A DNA stretch of 64,000 bases, from positions 310,001 to 374,000 of the forward strand of contig CDROCS010002834.1 in NCBI GenBank assembly GCA_977020255.1. Direction: 5' to 3'. The stretch comes from Obrimoposthia wandeli. Taxonomy: Eukaryota. Shown one piece after another: positions 17,633 to 30,427 of this stretch. Every line of letters begins with the position of its first letter. Position 1 is the stretch's first letter. The position numbers and the translations under genes were made by a program. The notes beneath the pieces were generated by a model. That model was not told the origin of the DNA. It did not search any database and saw only the letters and a program-made list of their open reading frames with translations.

Positions 17633-18949
17633 TTAGCCTTTGAGGTTAGCCTTTTTCAAAACAGACTCATATTGTTGAGACATCATGTGTGTCTGAACTT
17701 GAGCCATGAAATCCATAATAACTACAACTACAATAAGTAGCGATGTACCGCCAAAATAAAAGCGTACATTCCATGCAATCATCATGAACTCGGGGATCAG
17801 ACAGATAAAGGTAATATACATCGCACCCGCTAAGGTTAAGCGAGTCATAACTTTATCAATATATTTCGCAGTCTGTTCGCCCGGACGAATACCAGGTACG
17901 AATGCACCAGACTTCTTCAAGTTATCAGCTGTCTCACGAGGGTTAAACACCAACGCGGTATAGAAGAAACAGAAGAAAATAATCGCAGCTGCATAAAGCA
18001 TTACATAAAGCGGTTGACCAGGGCTAAGTGCAAGCGAAATATCGCTTAACCAACCAAGGTTTTCGTTCTGTCCAAACCACTGAGCCAGTGTGCCTGGAAA
18101 CAGAATAATGCTTGATGCAAAAATCGCTGGAATTACACCTGCCATATTAATTTTCAATGGCAAGTGAGTGCTTTGCGCTGCGAAGACACGACGGCCTTGT
18201 TGGCGCTTGGCATAGTTAACGACGATACGACGCTGACCACGCTCCATAAACACTACAAAATATATTACAGCGAAAGATATAACCGCAATTAACAGTAGAA
18301 GAAGTACGTGCAATTCACCTTGACGTGCTTGCTCAACAGTTTGTCCGATAGCTGGTGGCAAACCCGCTACAATACCAGTGAAAATAATCACTGAGATACC
18401 GTTACCGATGCCACGTTCAGTAATTTGCTCACCTAACCACATTAAAAACATGGTACCAGTAATCAAACTCACAACCGCAACAAAGTAGAAACCAAGACCT
18501 GGATTAATGACCAGACCAGGAATCATACTTGGTAACCCTGTAGCAATACCAATTGCTTGGAAAGTTGCCAAAACAAGCGTGCCGTATCGGGTGTACTGGC
18601 TAATCTTACGACGACCAGATTCACCTTCTTTCTTCAACTCGGCTAATGCCGGATGAACTACCGTTAGCAACTGTACGATAATCGATGCCGAAATATACGG
18701 CATGATACCCAGTGCTAAGATAGAAGCACGCTCGAGTGCACCGCCAGAGAACATGTTAAACAGTTCAATGACGGTACCTTTTTGCTGTTCGAACAAATCG
18801 GCAAGTACAGCAGCGTCAATACCAGGGATAGGCACAAAAGAACCCGCTCGGAAAATTAAGATTGCACCTAATACGAATAAAAGGCGTGTCTTAAGCTCTG
18901 CTAGGCCACCTTGTGCACTACGAAAATCTTTTCCTGGTTGTTTAGCCAT
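17633..18949 (-). CDS. secY: preprotein translocase SecY
   Basis: [13 protein letters not shown]; [11 protein letters not shown]; [10 protein letters not shown]. Confidence 0.99.
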   Translation of the reverse strand: MAKQPGKDFRSAQGGLAELKTRLLFVLGAILIFRAGSFVPIPGIDAAVLADLFEQQKGTVIELFNMFSGGALERASILALGIMPYISASIIVQLLTVVHPALAELKKEGESGRRKISQYTRYGTLVLATFQAIGIATGLPSMIPGLVINPGLGFYFVAVVSLITGTMFLMWLGEQITERGIGNGISVIIFTGIVAGLPPAIGQTVEQARQGELHVLLLLLIAVISFAVIYFVVFMERGQRRIVVNYAKRQQGRRVFAAQSTHLPLKINMAGVIPAIFASSIILFPGTLAQWFGQNENLGWLSDISLALSPGQPLYVMLYAAAIIFFCFFYTALVFNPRETADNLKKSGAFVPGIRPGEQTAKYIDKVMTRLTLAGAMYITFICLIPEFMMIAWNVRFYFGGTSLLIVVVVIMDFMAQVQTHMMSQQYESVLKKANLKG

Positions 18950-18971
18950 CTGTACCTCATCCTCGAGTTAA

Positions 18972-19406
18972 TTATTCCTCGATTTTACCGCCGGCAGCTT
19001 CGATTGCAGCTTTAGCGCCTTTAGTCACGCGAAGACCTTTAACTGCTACTGTGCGAGCAATCTCACCAGAAAGGACAACTTTTACAAACTTGATGTCTTT
19101 AGTGATAAGGTTTGCTTTTTTCAGTGTAGCTAGATCAATCACGTCACCTTCGACTTTCGCCAGTTCGCCTAGACGAACTTCAGCTGTTACCAAGCTCTTA
19201 CGAGAAGTAAAACCGAATTTTGGTAGACGCTGTTTCAAAGGCATTTGACCGCCTTCGAAGCCTGGACGGACAGAACCACCAGAACGTGATTTCTGACCTT
19301 TGTGACCACGGCCACAAGTTTTACCCAGACCAGAACCGATACCACGGCCTACGCGCTTCGCAGAAGGCTTAGAACCCGGAGCCGGTGATAGAGTATTCAA
19401 ACGCAT
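18972..19406 (-). CDS. rplO: 50S ribosomal protein L15
   Basis: [20 protein letters not shown]. Confidence 0.99.
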   Translation of the reverse strand: MRLNTLSPAPGSKPSAKRVGRGIGSGLGKTCGRGHKGQKSRSGGSVRPGFEGGQMPLKQRLPKFGFTSRKSLVTAEVRLGELAKVEGDVIDLATLKKANLITKDIKFVKVVLSGEIARTVAVKGLRVTKGAKAAIEAAGGKIEE

Positions 19407-19411
19407 ACTGA

Positions 19412-19591
19412 TTACTCCTCTATTTTAACCATGTAGTGAACTTTATTGATCATGCCGCGTACGCAAGCAGTATCTTCAAGTTCAACAGTGTGGTTGATAC
19501 GGCGAAGGCCTAGACCACGCAAACAAGCTACATGCTTCGGTAAACGACCGATAGAGCTCTTTGTTTGTGTTACTTTAATAGTATTTGCCAT
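19412..19591 (-). CDS. rpmD: 50S ribosomal protein L30
   Basis: [15 protein letters not shown]; ATG at 19591. Confidence 0.98.
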   Translation of the reverse strand: MANTIKVTQTKSSIGRLPKHVACLRGLGLRRINHTVELEDTACVRGMINKVHYMVKIEE

Positions 19592-19596
19592 GTCGA

Positions 19597-20094
19597 TCAC
19601 CCCAGAATTTCTTTAACAGAAAGGCCACGCTTTGCAGCGATCATTTCTGGAGAGTTCATTCCACTTAAACCAGCAATTGTTGCGCGAACAACGTTGATTG
19701 GGTTAGTAGAACCGTATGCTTTAGCTAGTACGTTACGGATACCCGCAACTTCTAGCACTGCACGCATTGCACCACCTGCGATGATACCAGTACCTTCTGA
19801 AGCAGGTTGCATGTACACTTTAGAACCAGTGTGGCGACCTTTAACAGCGTGGTGAAGAGTACCTTCGTTTAGCGCAACTGTAACCATGTTACGACGTGCT
19901 TTTTCCATAGATTTCTGGATTGCAGCAGGAACTTCACGTGCCTTACCGTAACCGAAACCGATGCGACCGTTACCGTCACCAACTACTGTTAGTGCAGTAA
20001 AACTGAAAATACGACCACCTTTAACCGTTTTTGAAACACGGTTAACAGCGATTAGCTTTTCATTCAAATCTGATTGAGTCTTTTCGTTAGCCAT
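19597..20094 (-). CDS. rpsE: 30S ribosomal protein S5
   Basis: [16 protein letters not shown]. Confidence 0.99.
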   Translation of the reverse strand: MANEKTQSDLNEKLIAVNRVSKTVKGGRIFSFTALTVVGDGNGRIGFGYGKAREVPAAIQKSMEKARRNMVTVALNEGTLHHAVKGRHTGSKVYMQPASEGTGIIAGGAMRAVLEVAGIRNVLAKAYGSTNPINVVRATIAGLSGMNSPEMIAAKRGLSVKEILG

Positions 20095-20107
20095 CTTTCC
20101 GCCTACC

Positions 20108-20461
20108 TTAGAATTTCAGTCCAGCTTCACGAGCAGCTTCTGCTAGAGCAGCTACACGGCCGTGGTATTGGAAACCAGAACGATCGAAAGCAACATTAGA
20201 AATGCCTTTTTCAATCGCGCGCTCAGCAATAGCTTTACCTACAGCTGCAGCAGCGTCTTTGTTACCGGTGTTCGCAATTGACTCACGGATCACTTTTTCT
20301 AGGGTAGAAGCGGCAGCGATAACCTCAGAGCCGTTCGGTGCGATTACCTGAGCATACACATGACGCGGAGTACGGTGTATTACTAGGCGAGTTGCACCCA
20401 GTTCAGAAATCTTGCGACGTGCTCGGGTCGCACGACGGATACGAGATGCTTTCTTATCCAT
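20108..20461 (-). CDS. rplR: 50S ribosomal protein L18
   Basis: [12 protein letters not shown]. Confidence 0.99.
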   Translation of the reverse strand: MDKKASRIRRATRARRKISELGATRLVIHRTPRHVYAQVIAPNGSEVIAAASTLEKVIRESIANTGNKDAAAAVGKAIAERAIEKGISNVAFDRSGFQYHGRVAALAEAAREAGLKF

Positions 20462-20470
20462 AGTGTTACC

Positions 20471-21004
20471 TTACTTCTTCTTAGCTTCTTTAGTACGCAC
20501 GACTTCGTCGGCGTAACGAACACCTTTACCTTTATAAGGTTCAGGGCTACGGTAAGCGCGAATGTCCGCCGCTACCTGTCCAATTACCTGCTTATCAGTA
20601 CCGGTAAGTACGATTTCAGTTTGTGATGGACATTCAGCTTTAACACCAGTTGGCAATTCATGCGCGACTGGGTGTGAGAAGCCCAAAGTAAGGTTAACAG
20701 TATTACCAGCAACATTTGCACGGTAACCTACGCCTTTAAGGGTTAGCTTCTTAGTAAAGCCTTCAGTAACACCAACAACCATGTTGTTCACTAATGCACG
20801 AGCAGTACCTGCTTGTGCCCAAGCTTTATCAAAGCCTTCGCGTGGACCAAATGTGATGGTGTTTTCTTCCTGAGTTAAAACTACTGCTTTATTGGCAATA
20901 AGAGTTGATTCACCCTTAGGACCTTTTACAGTAATTTCCTGACCGTTGAGTTTAACTTCTACGCCAGCAAGAAGTACTACAGGTGCTTTTGCAACACGAG
21001 ACAT
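20471..21004 (-). CDS. rplF: 50S ribosomal protein L6
   Basis: MSRVAKAPV; [11 protein letters not shown]. Confidence 0.99.
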   Translation of the reverse strand: MSRVAKAPVVLLAGVEVKLNGQEITVKGPKGESTLIANKAVVLTQEENTITFGPREGFDKAWAQAGTARALVNNMVVGVTEGFTKKLTLKGVGYRANVAGNTVNLTLGFSHPVAHELPTGVKAECPSQTEIVLTGTDKQVIGQVAADIRAYRSPEPYKGKGVRYADEVVRTKEAKKK

Positions 21005-21016
21005 GTCCTACTCCTA

Positions 21017-21409
21017 TTATGCTACGTAGCAGATAATCTCACCGCCAAGACCCGCTTTACGAGCAGCGCGGTCGGTCATAAGACCCTTGGAAGTGGATAC
21101 AACAGCAATACCAAGGCCACCCATCACTGACGGTAGCGCATCTTTTTTCTTGTAGATGCGTAGGCCAGGACGTGAAACACGTTGGATTTGCTCAATAACT
21201 GGGTTAGCTTCGAAGTACTTAAGAGTAACTTCTAGCTCTGGCTTAACTTCACCTGTAACAGTGAATTCAGCCACAAAACCTTCTTCTTGTAAAAGAGCTG
21301 CAATTGCAACTTTTTGCTTAGAAGATGGCATTTTAACAGCAACTTTTTTAGCTGTTTGACCGTTACGAAGACGGGTCAGCATATCCGAAATCGGATCTTG
21401 CATGCTCAT
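21017..21409 (-). CDS. rpsH: 30S ribosomal protein S8
   Basis: [11 protein letters not shown]; GGEIICYV. Confidence 0.99.
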   Translation of the reverse strand: MSMQDPISDMLTRLRNGQTAKKVAVKMPSSKQKVAIAALLQEEGFVAEFTVTGEVKPELEVTLKYFEANPVIEQIQRVSRPGLRIYKKKDALPSVMGGLGIAVVSTSKGLMTDRAARKAGLGGEIICYVA

Positions 21410-21444
21410 AGTCAATACTCCGTGATTCTAAATTGGTAACTAAA

Positions 21445-21750
21445 TTACCAGCTGGCTTTACGTAGACCCGGAATCTCGCCTTTCATGCAAGTTTCACGAA
21501 CCTTGATACGGCTTAAGCCGAACTTACGTAAGTAACCGTGTGGACGTCCAGTCTGGTTACAGCGATTACGCTGACGAGATGAACTAGAATCACGTGGTAG
21601 AGACTGAAGCTTAAGCACTGCATTCCAGCGGTCTTCTTCAGACGCATTCACGTCACTAATAATAACTTTTAGCGCTGCACGCTTTTCAGCGAACTTAGCT
21701 ACTAGCTTGGCACGTTTAGCTTCGCGTGCCTTCATTGATTCTTTAGCCAT
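21445..21750 (-). CDS. rpsN: 30S ribosomal protein S14
   Basis: [16 protein letters not shown]. Confidence 0.99.
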   Translation of the reverse strand: MAKESMKAREAKRAKLVAKFAEKRAALKVIISDVNASEEDRWNAVLKLQSLPRDSSSSRQRNRCNQTGRPHGYLRKFGLSRIKVRETCMKGEIPGLRKASW

Positions 21751-21765
21751 ATGTAACCCTTACTT

Positions 21766-22305
21766 TTACTTACGGAATGGGAAGTTAAAAGCAGATAACA
21801 GAGCTTTTGACTCATCATCAGAAGCAGCAGAAGTCGTGATAGTAATATCAAGACCACGCACTCGATCTACTTTGTCGTAGTCGATTTCTGGGAAGATGAT
21901 CTGCTCACGAACGCCCATGCTGTAGTTACCACGACCATCGAAAGAATTCGGGTTTAGACCACGAAAATCTCGAATACGAGGAACAGCAATTGAAATTAGA
22001 CGTTCAAAGAAATCCCACATACGTTCGCCACGTAGGGTTACTTTACAGCCAATTGGGTAGCCCTCACGGATCTTAAAGCCAGCAACAGACTTACGAGCTT
22101 TAGTAATTAACGGCTTCTGACCTGCAATAGCAGTCATGTCAGCAGCAGCATTTTCTAAAAGCTTTTTGTCGTTGATCGCTTCACCCACACCCATGTTAAG
22201 TGTGATTTTTTCGATCCTTGGGACTTGCATGATACTCTTGTATTCGAACTTTTCAGCAAGCTCTTTTACAACAGTCTCTTTGTAGTAATCATGCAGTTTC
22301 GCCAT
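21766..22305 (-). CDS. rplE: 50S ribosomal protein L5
   Basis: MAKLHDYYK; [10 protein letters not shown]. Confidence 0.99.
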   Translation of the reverse strand: MAKLHDYYKETVVKELAEKFEYKSIMQVPRIEKITLNMGVGEAINDKKLLENAAADMTAIAGQKPLITKARKSVAGFKIREGYPIGCKVTLRGERMWDFFERLISIAVPRIRDFRGLNPNSFDGRGNYSMGVREQIIFPEIDYDKVDRVRGLDITITTSAASDDESKALLSAFNFPFRK

Positions 22306-22325
22306 AGTGTACTACTCCAAAATTA
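22270..22325 (-). promoter_or_regulatory. S8-binding translational operator at the rplX-rplE junction
   Basis: TTTTGGAGTAGTACACTATGGCGAAACTGCATGATTACTAC is nearly identical to the E. coli spc operator region. Confidence 0.7.
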
Positions 22326-22637
22326 CTTAATAGTTAAGCTATTAGATTTAAAGAAACGAACTTTTTTGTCGTCTTCAAATCGAAAGCCTACACGGTCTGC
22401 TTTGCCGGTTTCAGCATTGAAGATTGCAACGTTAGAAACATCAATAGCTGCTTCTTGTTCAACGATGCCACCTTGTACACCCATTGCCGGTACAGGCTTC
22501 TGGTGTTTTTTCACAAGGTTAATACCTTCAACGATAACTTTACCGGTTGCTAGAACCTTAGTTATTTTACCTTTCTTACCTTTATCTTTACCGGTAAGAA
22601 CGATAACTTCGTCGTTGCGACGGATCTTAGCTGCCAT
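22323..22637 (-). CDS. rplX: 50S ribosomal protein L24
   Basis: [20 protein letters not shown]. Confidence 0.99.
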   Translation of the reverse strand: MAAKIRRNDEVIVLTGKDKGKKGKITKVLATGKVIVEGINLVKKHQKPVPAMGVQGGIVEQEAAIDVSNVAIFNAETGKADRVGFRFEDDKKVRFFKSNSLTIK

Positions 22638-22648
22638 TTTGTTACTCC

Positions 22649-23020
22649 TTACAGTACTTCTGGCGCTAGTGATACGATTTTCATGAATTTCGTATTACGA
22701 AGTTCACGTGTCACTGGGCCAAAAATACGAGTACCGATCGGTTGCTCTGTAGTATCGTTCAATAATACGCAAGCATTACGGTCGAAGCGAATGACAGAGC
22801 CGTCTTGGCGACGAACGCCTTTACGGGTGCGTACAACCACCGCCTTCAGAACATCACCTTTCTTAACTTTACCGCGAGGAATTGCTTCTTTCACAGTAAT
22901 CTTGATGATATCACCGATGTGTGCGTAACGGCGGTGAGAACCACCCAGAACCTTAATACACATTACGCGACGAGCGCCGGAGTTATCGGCTGCGTCAAGC
23001 GTACTTTGCATTTGGATCAT
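22649..23020 (-). CDS. rplN: 50S ribosomal protein L14
   Basis: ADNSGAR; IVSLAPEVL. Confidence 0.99.
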   Translation of the reverse strand: MIQMQSTLDAADNSGARRVMCIKVLGGSHRRYAHIGDIIKITVKEAIPRGKVKKGDVLKAVVVRTRKGVRRQDGSVIRFDRNACVLLNDTTEQPIGTRIFGPVTRELRNTKFMKIVSLAPEVL

Positions 23021-23092
23021 GTTAGTGCTCCGCTTATTTTAAAACATCTAGACCCACTACGGATCGATATGCCTTTTCTTCAAAGGCGGCGA

Positions 23093-23159
23093 ATAATAAC
23101 ACCATTTTCGACCGATGGGTAGACAAAAAATAAACGGCCCCAATATTTCTCAGGGCCGT
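23093..23159 (-). terminator. S10-operon terminator overlapping the spc extended -10 promoter
   Basis: Hairpin ACGGCCC..GGGCCGT plus TTATTTTTT (23125-23159), then GGTGTTATTAT (TG-N-TATTAT, 23093-23101), as in E. coli. Confidence 0.8.
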
Positions 23160-23184
23160 CTAATCATTTAGTTGCTAAGTTCGC

Positions 23185-23439
23185 TTAAACGCGAGCTTTT
23201 TCAACTATGCGTACCAATGTCCAAGACTTAGTCTTAGATAGTGGACGACATTCACGAACTTCAACAGTGTCACCTAGGTTACACTCATTGTTTTCATCGT
23301 GTGCATGAAGCTTAGTCGTACGCTTAATGTACTTACCGTACATTGGGTGTTTCACCATGCGTTCGATAGCAACAACGATAGACTTGTCCATCTTGCTGCT
23401 AATTACACGACCAAGCTGGATACGAGTTTGTTCGCTCAT
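23185..23439 (-). CDS. rpsQ: 30S ribosomal protein S17
   Basis: KMDKSIVV; RPLSKTKSW. Confidence 0.99.
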   Translation of the reverse strand: MSEQTRIQLGRVISSKMDKSIVVAIERMVKHPMYGKYIKRTTKLHAHDENNECNLGDTVEVRECRPLSKTKSWTLVRIVEKARV

Positions 23440-23630
23440 TATGCGCCAGCCTTCTCAGTAAGAACGGTTTTAACACGTGCGATATCACGACGTACAGCTT
23501 TCAGGTTATGAGTCTGCTGTAGTTGACCAGTTGCAGCTTGCATGCGCAAGTTAAACTGTTCACGTAGTAGGCTCACAAGCTCAGCATTTAGTTCTTCAAC
23601 GCTTTTCGCGCGTAGATCTACAGCGTTCAT
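23439..23630 (-). CDS. rpmC: 50S ribosomal protein L29
   Basis: [16 protein letters not shown]. Confidence 0.99.
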   Translation of the reverse strand: MNAVDLRAKSVEELNAELVSLLREQFNLRMQAATGQLQQTHNLKAVRRDIARVKTVLTEKAGA

Positions 23631-24040
23631 CACATTACCGCCTTAATTACAAATGTTGTCTTGATTGGTAGCTTACATGAAGCAAGTTTAAATGCTTCAC
23701 GTGCTAGTACTTCAGGAACACCATCCATTTCATAAAGAACTTTACCTGGTTGGACTTGGGCAACCCAGTATTCTACTGAACCTTTACCCTTACCCTGACG
23801 AACTTCCAACGGCTTGCTTGTAATAGGCTTGTCGGGGAAAACTCGAATCCAGATTTGGCCCTGACGTTTCACATGACGAGTCATGGCACGACGAGCAGCT
23901 TCAATTTGGCGAGCAGTCAAACGACCACGACCAACAGCTTTAAGACCAAATGTACCGAAGCTTACGTCAGTACCGTTCGCTAGACCGCGGTTACGACCTT
24001 TAAAAGTCTTGCGGAATTTAGTGCGTTTTGGTTGCAGCAT
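23630..24040 (-). CDS. rplP: 50S ribosomal protein L16
   Basis: [11 protein letters not shown]; RQGKGKG. Confidence 0.99.
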   Translation of the reverse strand: MLQPKRTKFRKTFKGRNRGLANGTDVSFGTFGLKAVGRGRLTARQIEAARRAMTRHVKRQGQIWIRVFPDKPITSKPLEVRQGKGKGSVEYWVAQVQPGKVLYEMDGVPEVLAREAFKLASCKLPIKTTFVIKAVM

Positions 24041-24051
24041 CAATAAACTCC

Positions 24052-24741
24052 TTATTTACGGCTTTTGCGCTGCTTCTTAGGCTTGTCAGCCTTAGGCTCT
24101 TCAATTGGCATGCCGCCTAGAACTTCACCTTTGAAGATCCAAACTTTAACGCCGATTACACCGTATTGGGTGTGAGCCGAAGAAGTTGCGTAATCAATGT
24201 CAGCACGAAGAGTGTGTAGAGGTACACGACCTTCACGGTACCACTCTGAACGTGCGATTTCAGCGCCGCCTAAACGACCACCTACTTGAACTTTGATACC
24301 CTTAGCGCCAAGACGCATAGCGTTTTGAACTGCACGCTTCATAGCGCGACGGAACATAACACGACGTTCAAGTTGAGAAGCGATGCTATCACCAACTAAT
24401 TGAGCGTCTAGCTCTGGCTTACGTACTTCAGAAATATTGATCTGAGCTGGAACACCCGCGATCTTTGAAATATGAGCACGTAATTTTTCTACATCTTCGC
24501 CTTTCTTACCGATAACGATACCAGGACGAGCAGTGTGAATAGTCACACGGATGCTCTTCGCTGGACGCTCGATAACAACACGAGATAAAGAAGCTTTTTT
24601 CAGTTCTTTTATAAGAAACTGACGTACCTTGAAGTCGCCATCTAGATTGTCAGCGAATTCTTGGCTATTAGCAAACCAAGTGGTATTCCAAGGCTTAACG
24701 ATGCCTAGACGAATACCATTAGGATGTACTTTCTGACCCAT
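24052..24741 (-). CDS. rpsC: 30S ribosomal protein S3
   Basis: [13 protein letters not shown]; [10 protein letters not shown]. Confidence 0.99.
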   Translation of the reverse strand: MGQKVHPNGIRLGIVKPWNTTWFANSQEFADNLDGDFKVRQFLIKELKKASLSRVVIERPAKSIRVTIHTARPGIVIGKKGEDVEKLRAHISKIAGVPAQINISEVRKPELDAQLVGDSIASQLERRVMFRRAMKRAVQNAMRLGAKGIKVQVGGRLGGAEIARSEWYREGRVPLHTLRADIDYATSSAHTQYGVIGVKVWIFKGEVLGGMPIEEPKADKPKKQRKSRK

Positions 24742-24756
24742 TGCTTTCTCTCCTAG

Positions 24757-25089
24757 TTAGCGATCTGCTACAACAACAGTGATGTGGCTAGAACGCTTCA
24801 AGATGCGATCGGCACGGCCTTTAGCACGAGGCATAATACGCTTCATGGTAGGACCTTCGTCAACGAAGATTTTTGCAACATTAAGATCATCAATGTCTGC
24901 ACCTTCGTTGTGTTCTGCGTTAGCGATAGCTGAATCTAGAACTTTCTTGATTAACTCAGCAGCTTTTTTGTTGCTGAAGTTAAGAATTTCTAGAGCCTGT
25001 GCAACTGGCTTACCGCGCAGTTGATCTGCTACCAAACGTGCTTTCTGAGGCGAAATACGAGCAAAACGATGTTTAGCAATAGCTTCCAT
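24757..25089 (-). CDS. rplV: 50S ribosomal protein L22
   Basis: [18 protein letters not shown]. Confidence 0.99.
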   Translation of the reverse strand: MEAIAKHRFARISPQKARLVADQLRGKPVAQALEILNFSNKKAAELIKKVLDSAIANAEHNEGADIDDLNVAKIFVDEGPTMKRIMPRAKGRADRILKRSSHITVVVADR

Positions 25090-25099
25090 ACCCTACTCC

Positions 25100-25381
<282 letters not shown>

Positions 25382-25395
25382 TTATCCTCTGATAA

Positions 25396-26223
25396 TTATT
25401 TTTTATTACGACTACGTACAATGTACTTGTCGGTGCGTTTGTTCGAACGAGTCTTGTAACCCTTAGTTGGTACGCCCCAAGGGGATACCGGGTGACGACC
25501 GCCTGATGTACGACCTTCACCACCACCGTGTGGGTGATCGACTGGGTTCATTACAACACCACGTACAGTTGGACGGATACCACGCCAGCGTGAAGCACCA
25601 GCTTTACCAAGCTCACGCAGCATGTGTTCCGAGTTACCAACTTCACCAAGTGTCGCACGACATTCAGAAAGAACTTTACGCATTTCACCAGAACGTAGAC
25701 GTAGAGTCACATAAGTGCCTGTACGTGCAATGATCTGAGCGTAAGCGCCAGCTGAACGAGCCAACTGAGCGCCTTTACCTGGCTTAAGTTCAACACAGTG
25801 TACTGTTGAACCTACAGGAACGTTGCGCATTGGTAACGTGTTACCAACTTTGATTGCAGCATCTTCGCCAGACTGGATCATATCACCAGCTGACACACCC
25901 TTAGGTGCGATGATGTAACGGCGTTCACCATCAGCATAAAGTACTAGTGCAATGTTTGCACTACGGTTTGGATCATATTCCAAACGCTCTACTTTTGCTG
26001 GGATACCATCTTTAGTACGCTTAAAGTCGATTAGACGGTAATGTTGTTTATTACCACCACCGATGTGACGTACTGTGATACGACCGTTATTGTTACGACC
26101 ACCAGACTTAGAGTTTTTCTCTAAAAGTGGTGCGTACGGCTTACCCTTATGCAGGTCAGAGTTAACCACTTTTACTACGTGGCGACGACCCGGGGAAGTC
26201 GGCTTACATTTAACAATAGCCAT
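25396..26223 (-). CDS. rplB: 50S ribosomal protein L2
   Basis: [14 protein letters not shown]. Confidence 0.99.
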   Translation of the reverse strand: MAIVKCKPTSPGRRHVVKVVNSDLHKGKPYAPLLEKNSKSGGRNNNGRITVRHIGGGNKQHYRLIDFKRTKDGIPAKVERLEYDPNRSANIALVLYADGERRYIIAPKGVSAGDMIQSGEDAAIKVGNTLPMRNVPVGSTVHCVELKPGKGAQLARSAGAYAQIIARTGTYVTLRLRSGEMRKVLSECRATLGEVGNSEHMLRELGKAGASRWRGIRPTVRGVVMNPVDHPHGGGEGRTSGGRHPVSPWGVPTKGYKTRSNKRTDKYIVRSRNKK

Positions 26224-26241
26224 TCTTCTTTGCTCCTAGCC

Positions 26242-26544
26242 TTACTCTGCACTACCAGCGAAGTCGATGTCTTGACCTTCTTTCAAGATAACGTACGCTT
26301 TCTTCCAGTCACTACGACGGCCTTGGCGTGCACCTTGACTTTTGGTCTTACCCTTAGCAACAAGAGTATTTACAGACTTAACTTCAACCTCGAACAGTTT
26401 TTCAACTGCTGCTTTAATCTCTCTTTTTGTCGCAGTAATCGCTACTTTAAACACGATAGTATTCGCGTTTTCTGCAGCCATTGTTGCTTTTTCAGAGATG
26501 TGCGGAGCACGTAGAACTGTTAAAATACGCTCTTCAGTGATCAT
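26242..26544 (-). CDS. rplW: 50S ribosomal protein L23
   Basis: APHISEKA; WKKAYV. Confidence 0.99.
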   Translation of the reverse strand: MITEERILTVLRAPHISEKATMAAENANTIVFKVAITATKREIKAAVEKLFEVEVKSVNTLVAKGKTKSQGARQGRRSDWKKAYVILKEGQDIDFAGSAE

Positions 26545-27143
26545 GCTAGCATCTCCTCAACTTGCTTAACTGCTGCTGCAGTCATCACAATTTTGTCAAA
26601 AGCGATCAAGCTAACTGGGTCAATTGTCGCTGCATCACGAACGTCTACCTTGTAAAGGTTACGTGCTGCAAGGAATAGATTCTCATCTAATTCGCCAGTT
26701 ACGATAAGAACGTCAGACAGATCAAGCTCTTTAAGCTTAGCTGCTAGTTCTTTTGTTTTTGGTGCTTCTACAGAGAAGTTATCAACAACGATTAAACGCT
26801 CTTGACGAACTAACTCAGAAAGAATGCTCTTCATTGCACCACGGTACATTTTTTTGTTAACTTTCTGGCTATGGTCCTGTGGACGAGCTGCGAAAGTTAC
26901 ACCACCGGTGCGCCATAAAGGACTACGAATAGTACCTGCACGTGCACGGCCTGTACCCTTCTGGCGCCATGGTTTTGCACCACCGCCAGAAACGTCAGAA
27001 CGAGTTTTCTGAGCACGAGTACCTTGACGAGCACCTGCTGCGTAAGCAACAACTACCTGATGTACTAGAGCTTCATTGAAATCACGTCCAAAAGTAGTTT
27101 CGGAGACAGTTAGCGCATCAGCGCCTTTGACTACCAATTCCAT
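26541..27143 (-). CDS. rplD: 50S ribosomal protein L4
   Basis: [14 protein letters not shown]. Confidence 0.99.
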   Translation of the reverse strand: MELVVKGADALTVSETTFGRDFNEALVHQVVVAYAAGARQGTRAQKTRSDVSGGGAKPWRQKGTGRARAGTIRSPLWRTGGVTFAARPQDHSQKVNKKMYRGAMKSILSELVRQERLIVVDNFSVEAPKTKELAAKLKELDLSDVLIVTGELDENLFLAARNLYKVDVRDAATIDPVSLIAFDKIVMTAAAVKQVEEMLA

Positions 27144-27158
27144 TACTAACTCCTCGAC

Positions 27159-27788
27159 CTACGCTTTAACAGCTGGTTTAACGATCACGTTGCCGCCGAT
27201 TGAGCCTGGTACTGCACCTTTAATAAGAAGCAGATTGCGCTCAGCGTCAACACGTACGATCTCTAGGTTCTGAGTCGTAACACGCTCAGCTCCCATGTGA
27301 CCAGCCATTTTCTTGCCTTTAAATACGCGACCTGGAGTTTGACATTGGCCAATTGAACCCGGTGCACGGTGAGACAAGGAGTTACCATGGGTCATATCTT
27401 GAGTACTGAAGTTCCAACGCTTAATTGCGCCTTGGAAGCCCTTACCTTTAGATGTGCCAGTAACGTCTACTTTTTTAACTTCGTTGAACAGTTCAACATT
27501 TAGCTCAGCGCCAACTGCAAACTCTTCACCATTTTCTAGACGGAATTCCCAAAGACCGCGTCCAGCTTCAACACCCGCTTTCGCGAAGTGACCAGCAGCT
27601 GGTTTAGATACACGGTTAGCTTTCTTAGTTCCAGTAGTGATCTGAATTGCGTTGTAACCGTCAGTCTCAAGAGATTTAACTTGAGTTACACGGTTAGCTT
27701 CAACTTCAACCACTGTTACTGGGATAGAAATGCCTTCTTCGGTAAAGATGCGGGTCATGCCCACTTTACGACCGATTAGACCAATCAT
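27159..27788 (-). CDS. rplC: 50S ribosomal protein L3
   Basis: KGKGFQG; KKMAGHMG. Confidence 0.99.
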   Translation of the reverse strand: MIGLIGRKVGMTRIFTEEGISIPVTVVEVEANRVTQVKSLETDGYNAIQITTGTKKANRVSKPAAGHFAKAGVEAGRGLWEFRLENGEEFAVGAELNVELFNEVKKVDVTGTSKGKGFQGAIKRWNFSTQDMTHGNSLSHRAPGSIGQCQTPGRVFKGKKMAGHMGAERVTTQNLEIVRVDAERNLLLIKGAVPGSIGGNVIVKPAVKA

Positions 27789-27800
27789 TTCTTACTCCCC

Positions 27801-28371
<571 letters not shown>

Positions 28372-28475
28372 GCCTTGTGCGGAAAATAATCAAACATCAG
28401 TGCTAAAGAGTTATTTAAAAGTATGATTGAATATCAAAAAATGCTTCACCATCACTCTAATTCATTGATAAATAA

Positions 28476-28846
28476 CTAATCACTCTCGAAAATTTGAGCC
28501 TGATTGTAGTTCGCGATACCCACGTTATCAATCAAACCTAATTGAGTTTCCAGCCAATCGACATGTTCTTCTTCATCTTCCAAGATATCTTGAAATAAAT
28601 CATCTCGAACCTCTTTTGATTAGCATCACGTGGTATTCAATCATTATCTGCGAGGTAAATTAGGGAGCCTTTAAAAATAAAATACAACTCATGCCCATCG
28701 ATTGATTCGTGGTATTCCTTATCTGCGAGGTGTTTTAATCCCCAGTCTTTATACATTCTGGCATGAAGGAAATACTGGTTTATCGCAACAAGCTCATTAC
28801 CTAATATTATATTTAAGTGTCGAATGATTTTTGGATCGGCTTTCAT
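28476..28846 (-). pseudogene. bfr: bacterioferritin pseudogene (intact ends, deleted middle)
   Basis: Codons 1-50 read ..[27 protein letters not shown]; a separate frame at 28607-28476 reads RDDLFQDILEDEEEHVDWLETQLGLID..QAQIFESD*; total 371 nt versus about 480 nt expected. Confidence 0.92.
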
Positions 28847-28876
28847 TGGGGACGTACTCCTCTATCGGTTCATCTA

Positions 28877-28904
28877 AGAATAGAGCCGATTTTAAGAGTG
28901 TCAA
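28877..28904 (-). promoter_or_regulatory. sigma70 promoter of bfr
   Basis: TTGACA, 16-bp spacer, TATTCT; SD GAGGAG before ATG 28846. Confidence 0.6.
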
Positions 28905-29093
28905 AAATTGCGGGATGGTTTGCGCGGCGGACTAACTGACTTCTTCAAAGCAAACCGCAATTGTTTGCACTTCTATTCCTGATGAAAAATAAATTGATGA
29001 TTTAGTCATTGAAAATAATTATGCGAGAAGGTTTGGATTCAATAATGGAGAAAGAGAAGGGAGTTATCGATCTGTAAGTGAAATTCAGGCATT

Positions 29094-29120
29094 AAAAAAG
29101 GGAGCCTAAGCTCCCTTTTT
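29094..29120 (-). terminator. str-operon terminator
   Basis: AAAAAGGGAGC TTAG GCTCCCTTTTTT after the tuf stop. Confidence 0.9.
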
Positions 29121-29141
29121 GGGTTGTTCAATTATTGCTAA

Positions 29142-30326
29142 TTAAGCAATGATTGTTGCAACAACACCAGCACCTACAGTACGGCCACCTTCACGGATAG
29201 CAAAACGTAGACCTTCATCCATCGCGATAGGAGCGATTAGAGTAACAGTCATAGAAATGTTATCACCAGGCATTACCATCTCAACGCCTTCTGGCAATTG
29301 GATAGTACCCGTTACATCCGTTGTACGGAAGTAAAACTGTGGACGGTAACCTTTGAAGAAAGGAGTGTGACGACCGCCTTCATCTTTAGAAAGAACATAG
29401 ATTTCTGAAGTGAAAGTAGTGTGTGGAGTGATTGAACCAGGCTTAGCAAGAACTTGACCACGTTCAACTTCATCACGCTTAGTACCACGTAGAAGAACAC
29501 CAACGTTCTCACCAGCACGGCCTTCGTCAAGAAGCTTACGGAACATTTCAACACCAGTACATGTAGTAGTGATAGTCTCTTTGATACCGATGATTGCAAC
29601 TTCTTCACCAACACGTACGATACCTTGCTCAATACGACCAGTTACAACTGTACCACGGCCTTGAATTGAGAAAACATCTTCGATTGGAAGGATGAATGGA
29701 AGATCGATTGCACGCTCTGGCTCTGGGATGTAGTTATCTAGAGCTTCAGCTAGTTCAACGATTTTCTCTTCCCACTGAGCTTCACCGTTAAGTGCGCCAA
29801 GTGCAGAACCCATGATTACTGGGCAGTCATCGCCTGGGTAATCGTATTCAGAAAGAAGTTCACGAACTTCCATTTCTACTAGTTCTAGTAGCTCTTCATC
29901 ATCAACCATGTCACATTTGTTCATGAATACGATGATGTAAGGAATACCAACCTGACGACCAAGAAGGATGTGCTCACGTGTTTGTGGCATAGGACCATCA
30001 GTTGCAGCAACAACTAGGATACCACCATCCATTTGAGCAGCACCAGTGATCATGTTTTTAACATAATCGGCGTGTCCAGGACAGTCAACGTGTGCATAGT
30101 GACGAATAGGAGTATCGTATTCTACGTGAGACGTAGAAATTGTGATACCGCGCTCACGCTCTTCTGGAGCATTATCGATAGAAGCGAAGTCTTTTGCATT
30201 ACCACCGTACACTTTTGCAAGTGTAGTACAGATAGCAGCAGTTAGAGTTGTTTTACCGTGATCGACGTGGCCGATTGTACCAACGTTAACATGCGGTTTT
30301 AGACGTTCAAATTTTTCTTTAGACAC
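29142..30326 (-). CDS. tuf: elongation factor Tu
   Basis: [17 protein letters not shown]; GTG start. Confidence 0.99.
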   Translation of the reverse strand: MSKEKFERLKPHVNVGTIGHVDHGKTTLTAAICTTLAKVYGGNAKDFASIDNAPEERERGITISTSHVEYDTPIRHYAHVDCPGHADYVKNMITGAAQMDGGILVVAATDGPMPQTREHILLGRQVGIPYIIVFMNKCDMVDDEELLELVEMEVRELLSEYDYPGDDCPVIMGSALGALNGEAQWEEKIVELAEALDNYIPEPERAIDLPFILPIEDVFSIQGRGTVVTGRIEQGIVRVGEEVAIIGIKETITTTCTGVEMFRKLLDEGRAGENVGVLLRGTKRDEVERGQVLAKPGSITPHTTFTSEIYVLSKDEGGRHTPFFKGYRPQFYFRTTDVTGTIQLPEGVEMVMPGDNISMTVTLIAPIAMDEGLRFAIREGGRTVGAGVVATIIA

Positions 30327-30396
30327 GATCGTGTTCCTTCCTAGTTAAGATGCGCCCCCCACTAGGTTAGGGGACGCGTCCGAAGTTTGTATTTTA

Positions 30397-30418
30397 TGCG
30401 TCTACAGCTGTAGACGCA
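30397..30418. repeat. perfect 22-bp palindrome in the fusA-tuf spacer
   Basis: TGCGTCTACAGCTGTAGACGCA equals its own reverse complement. Confidence 0.95.
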
Positions 30419-30427
30419 ATATTGAAA

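Noticed and set aside
28640-28735. Apparent repeat CCTCGCAGATAA..GAATACCACG within bfr as a duplication scar
   Set aside because: The second copy can also be read as deletion-collapsed native bfr sequence (L-G-K-L-M-I-G-E-D-T); not resolvable without an intact allele.
28637-28846. 69-aa ORF as a complete small gene
   Set aside because: It is the frameshifted 5' part of the bfr pseudogene.
28940-28970. AAT TGC GGT T TGC as a remnant of the Bfd CGxC motif
   Set aside because: Too short, and no other Bfd residues are recoverable.
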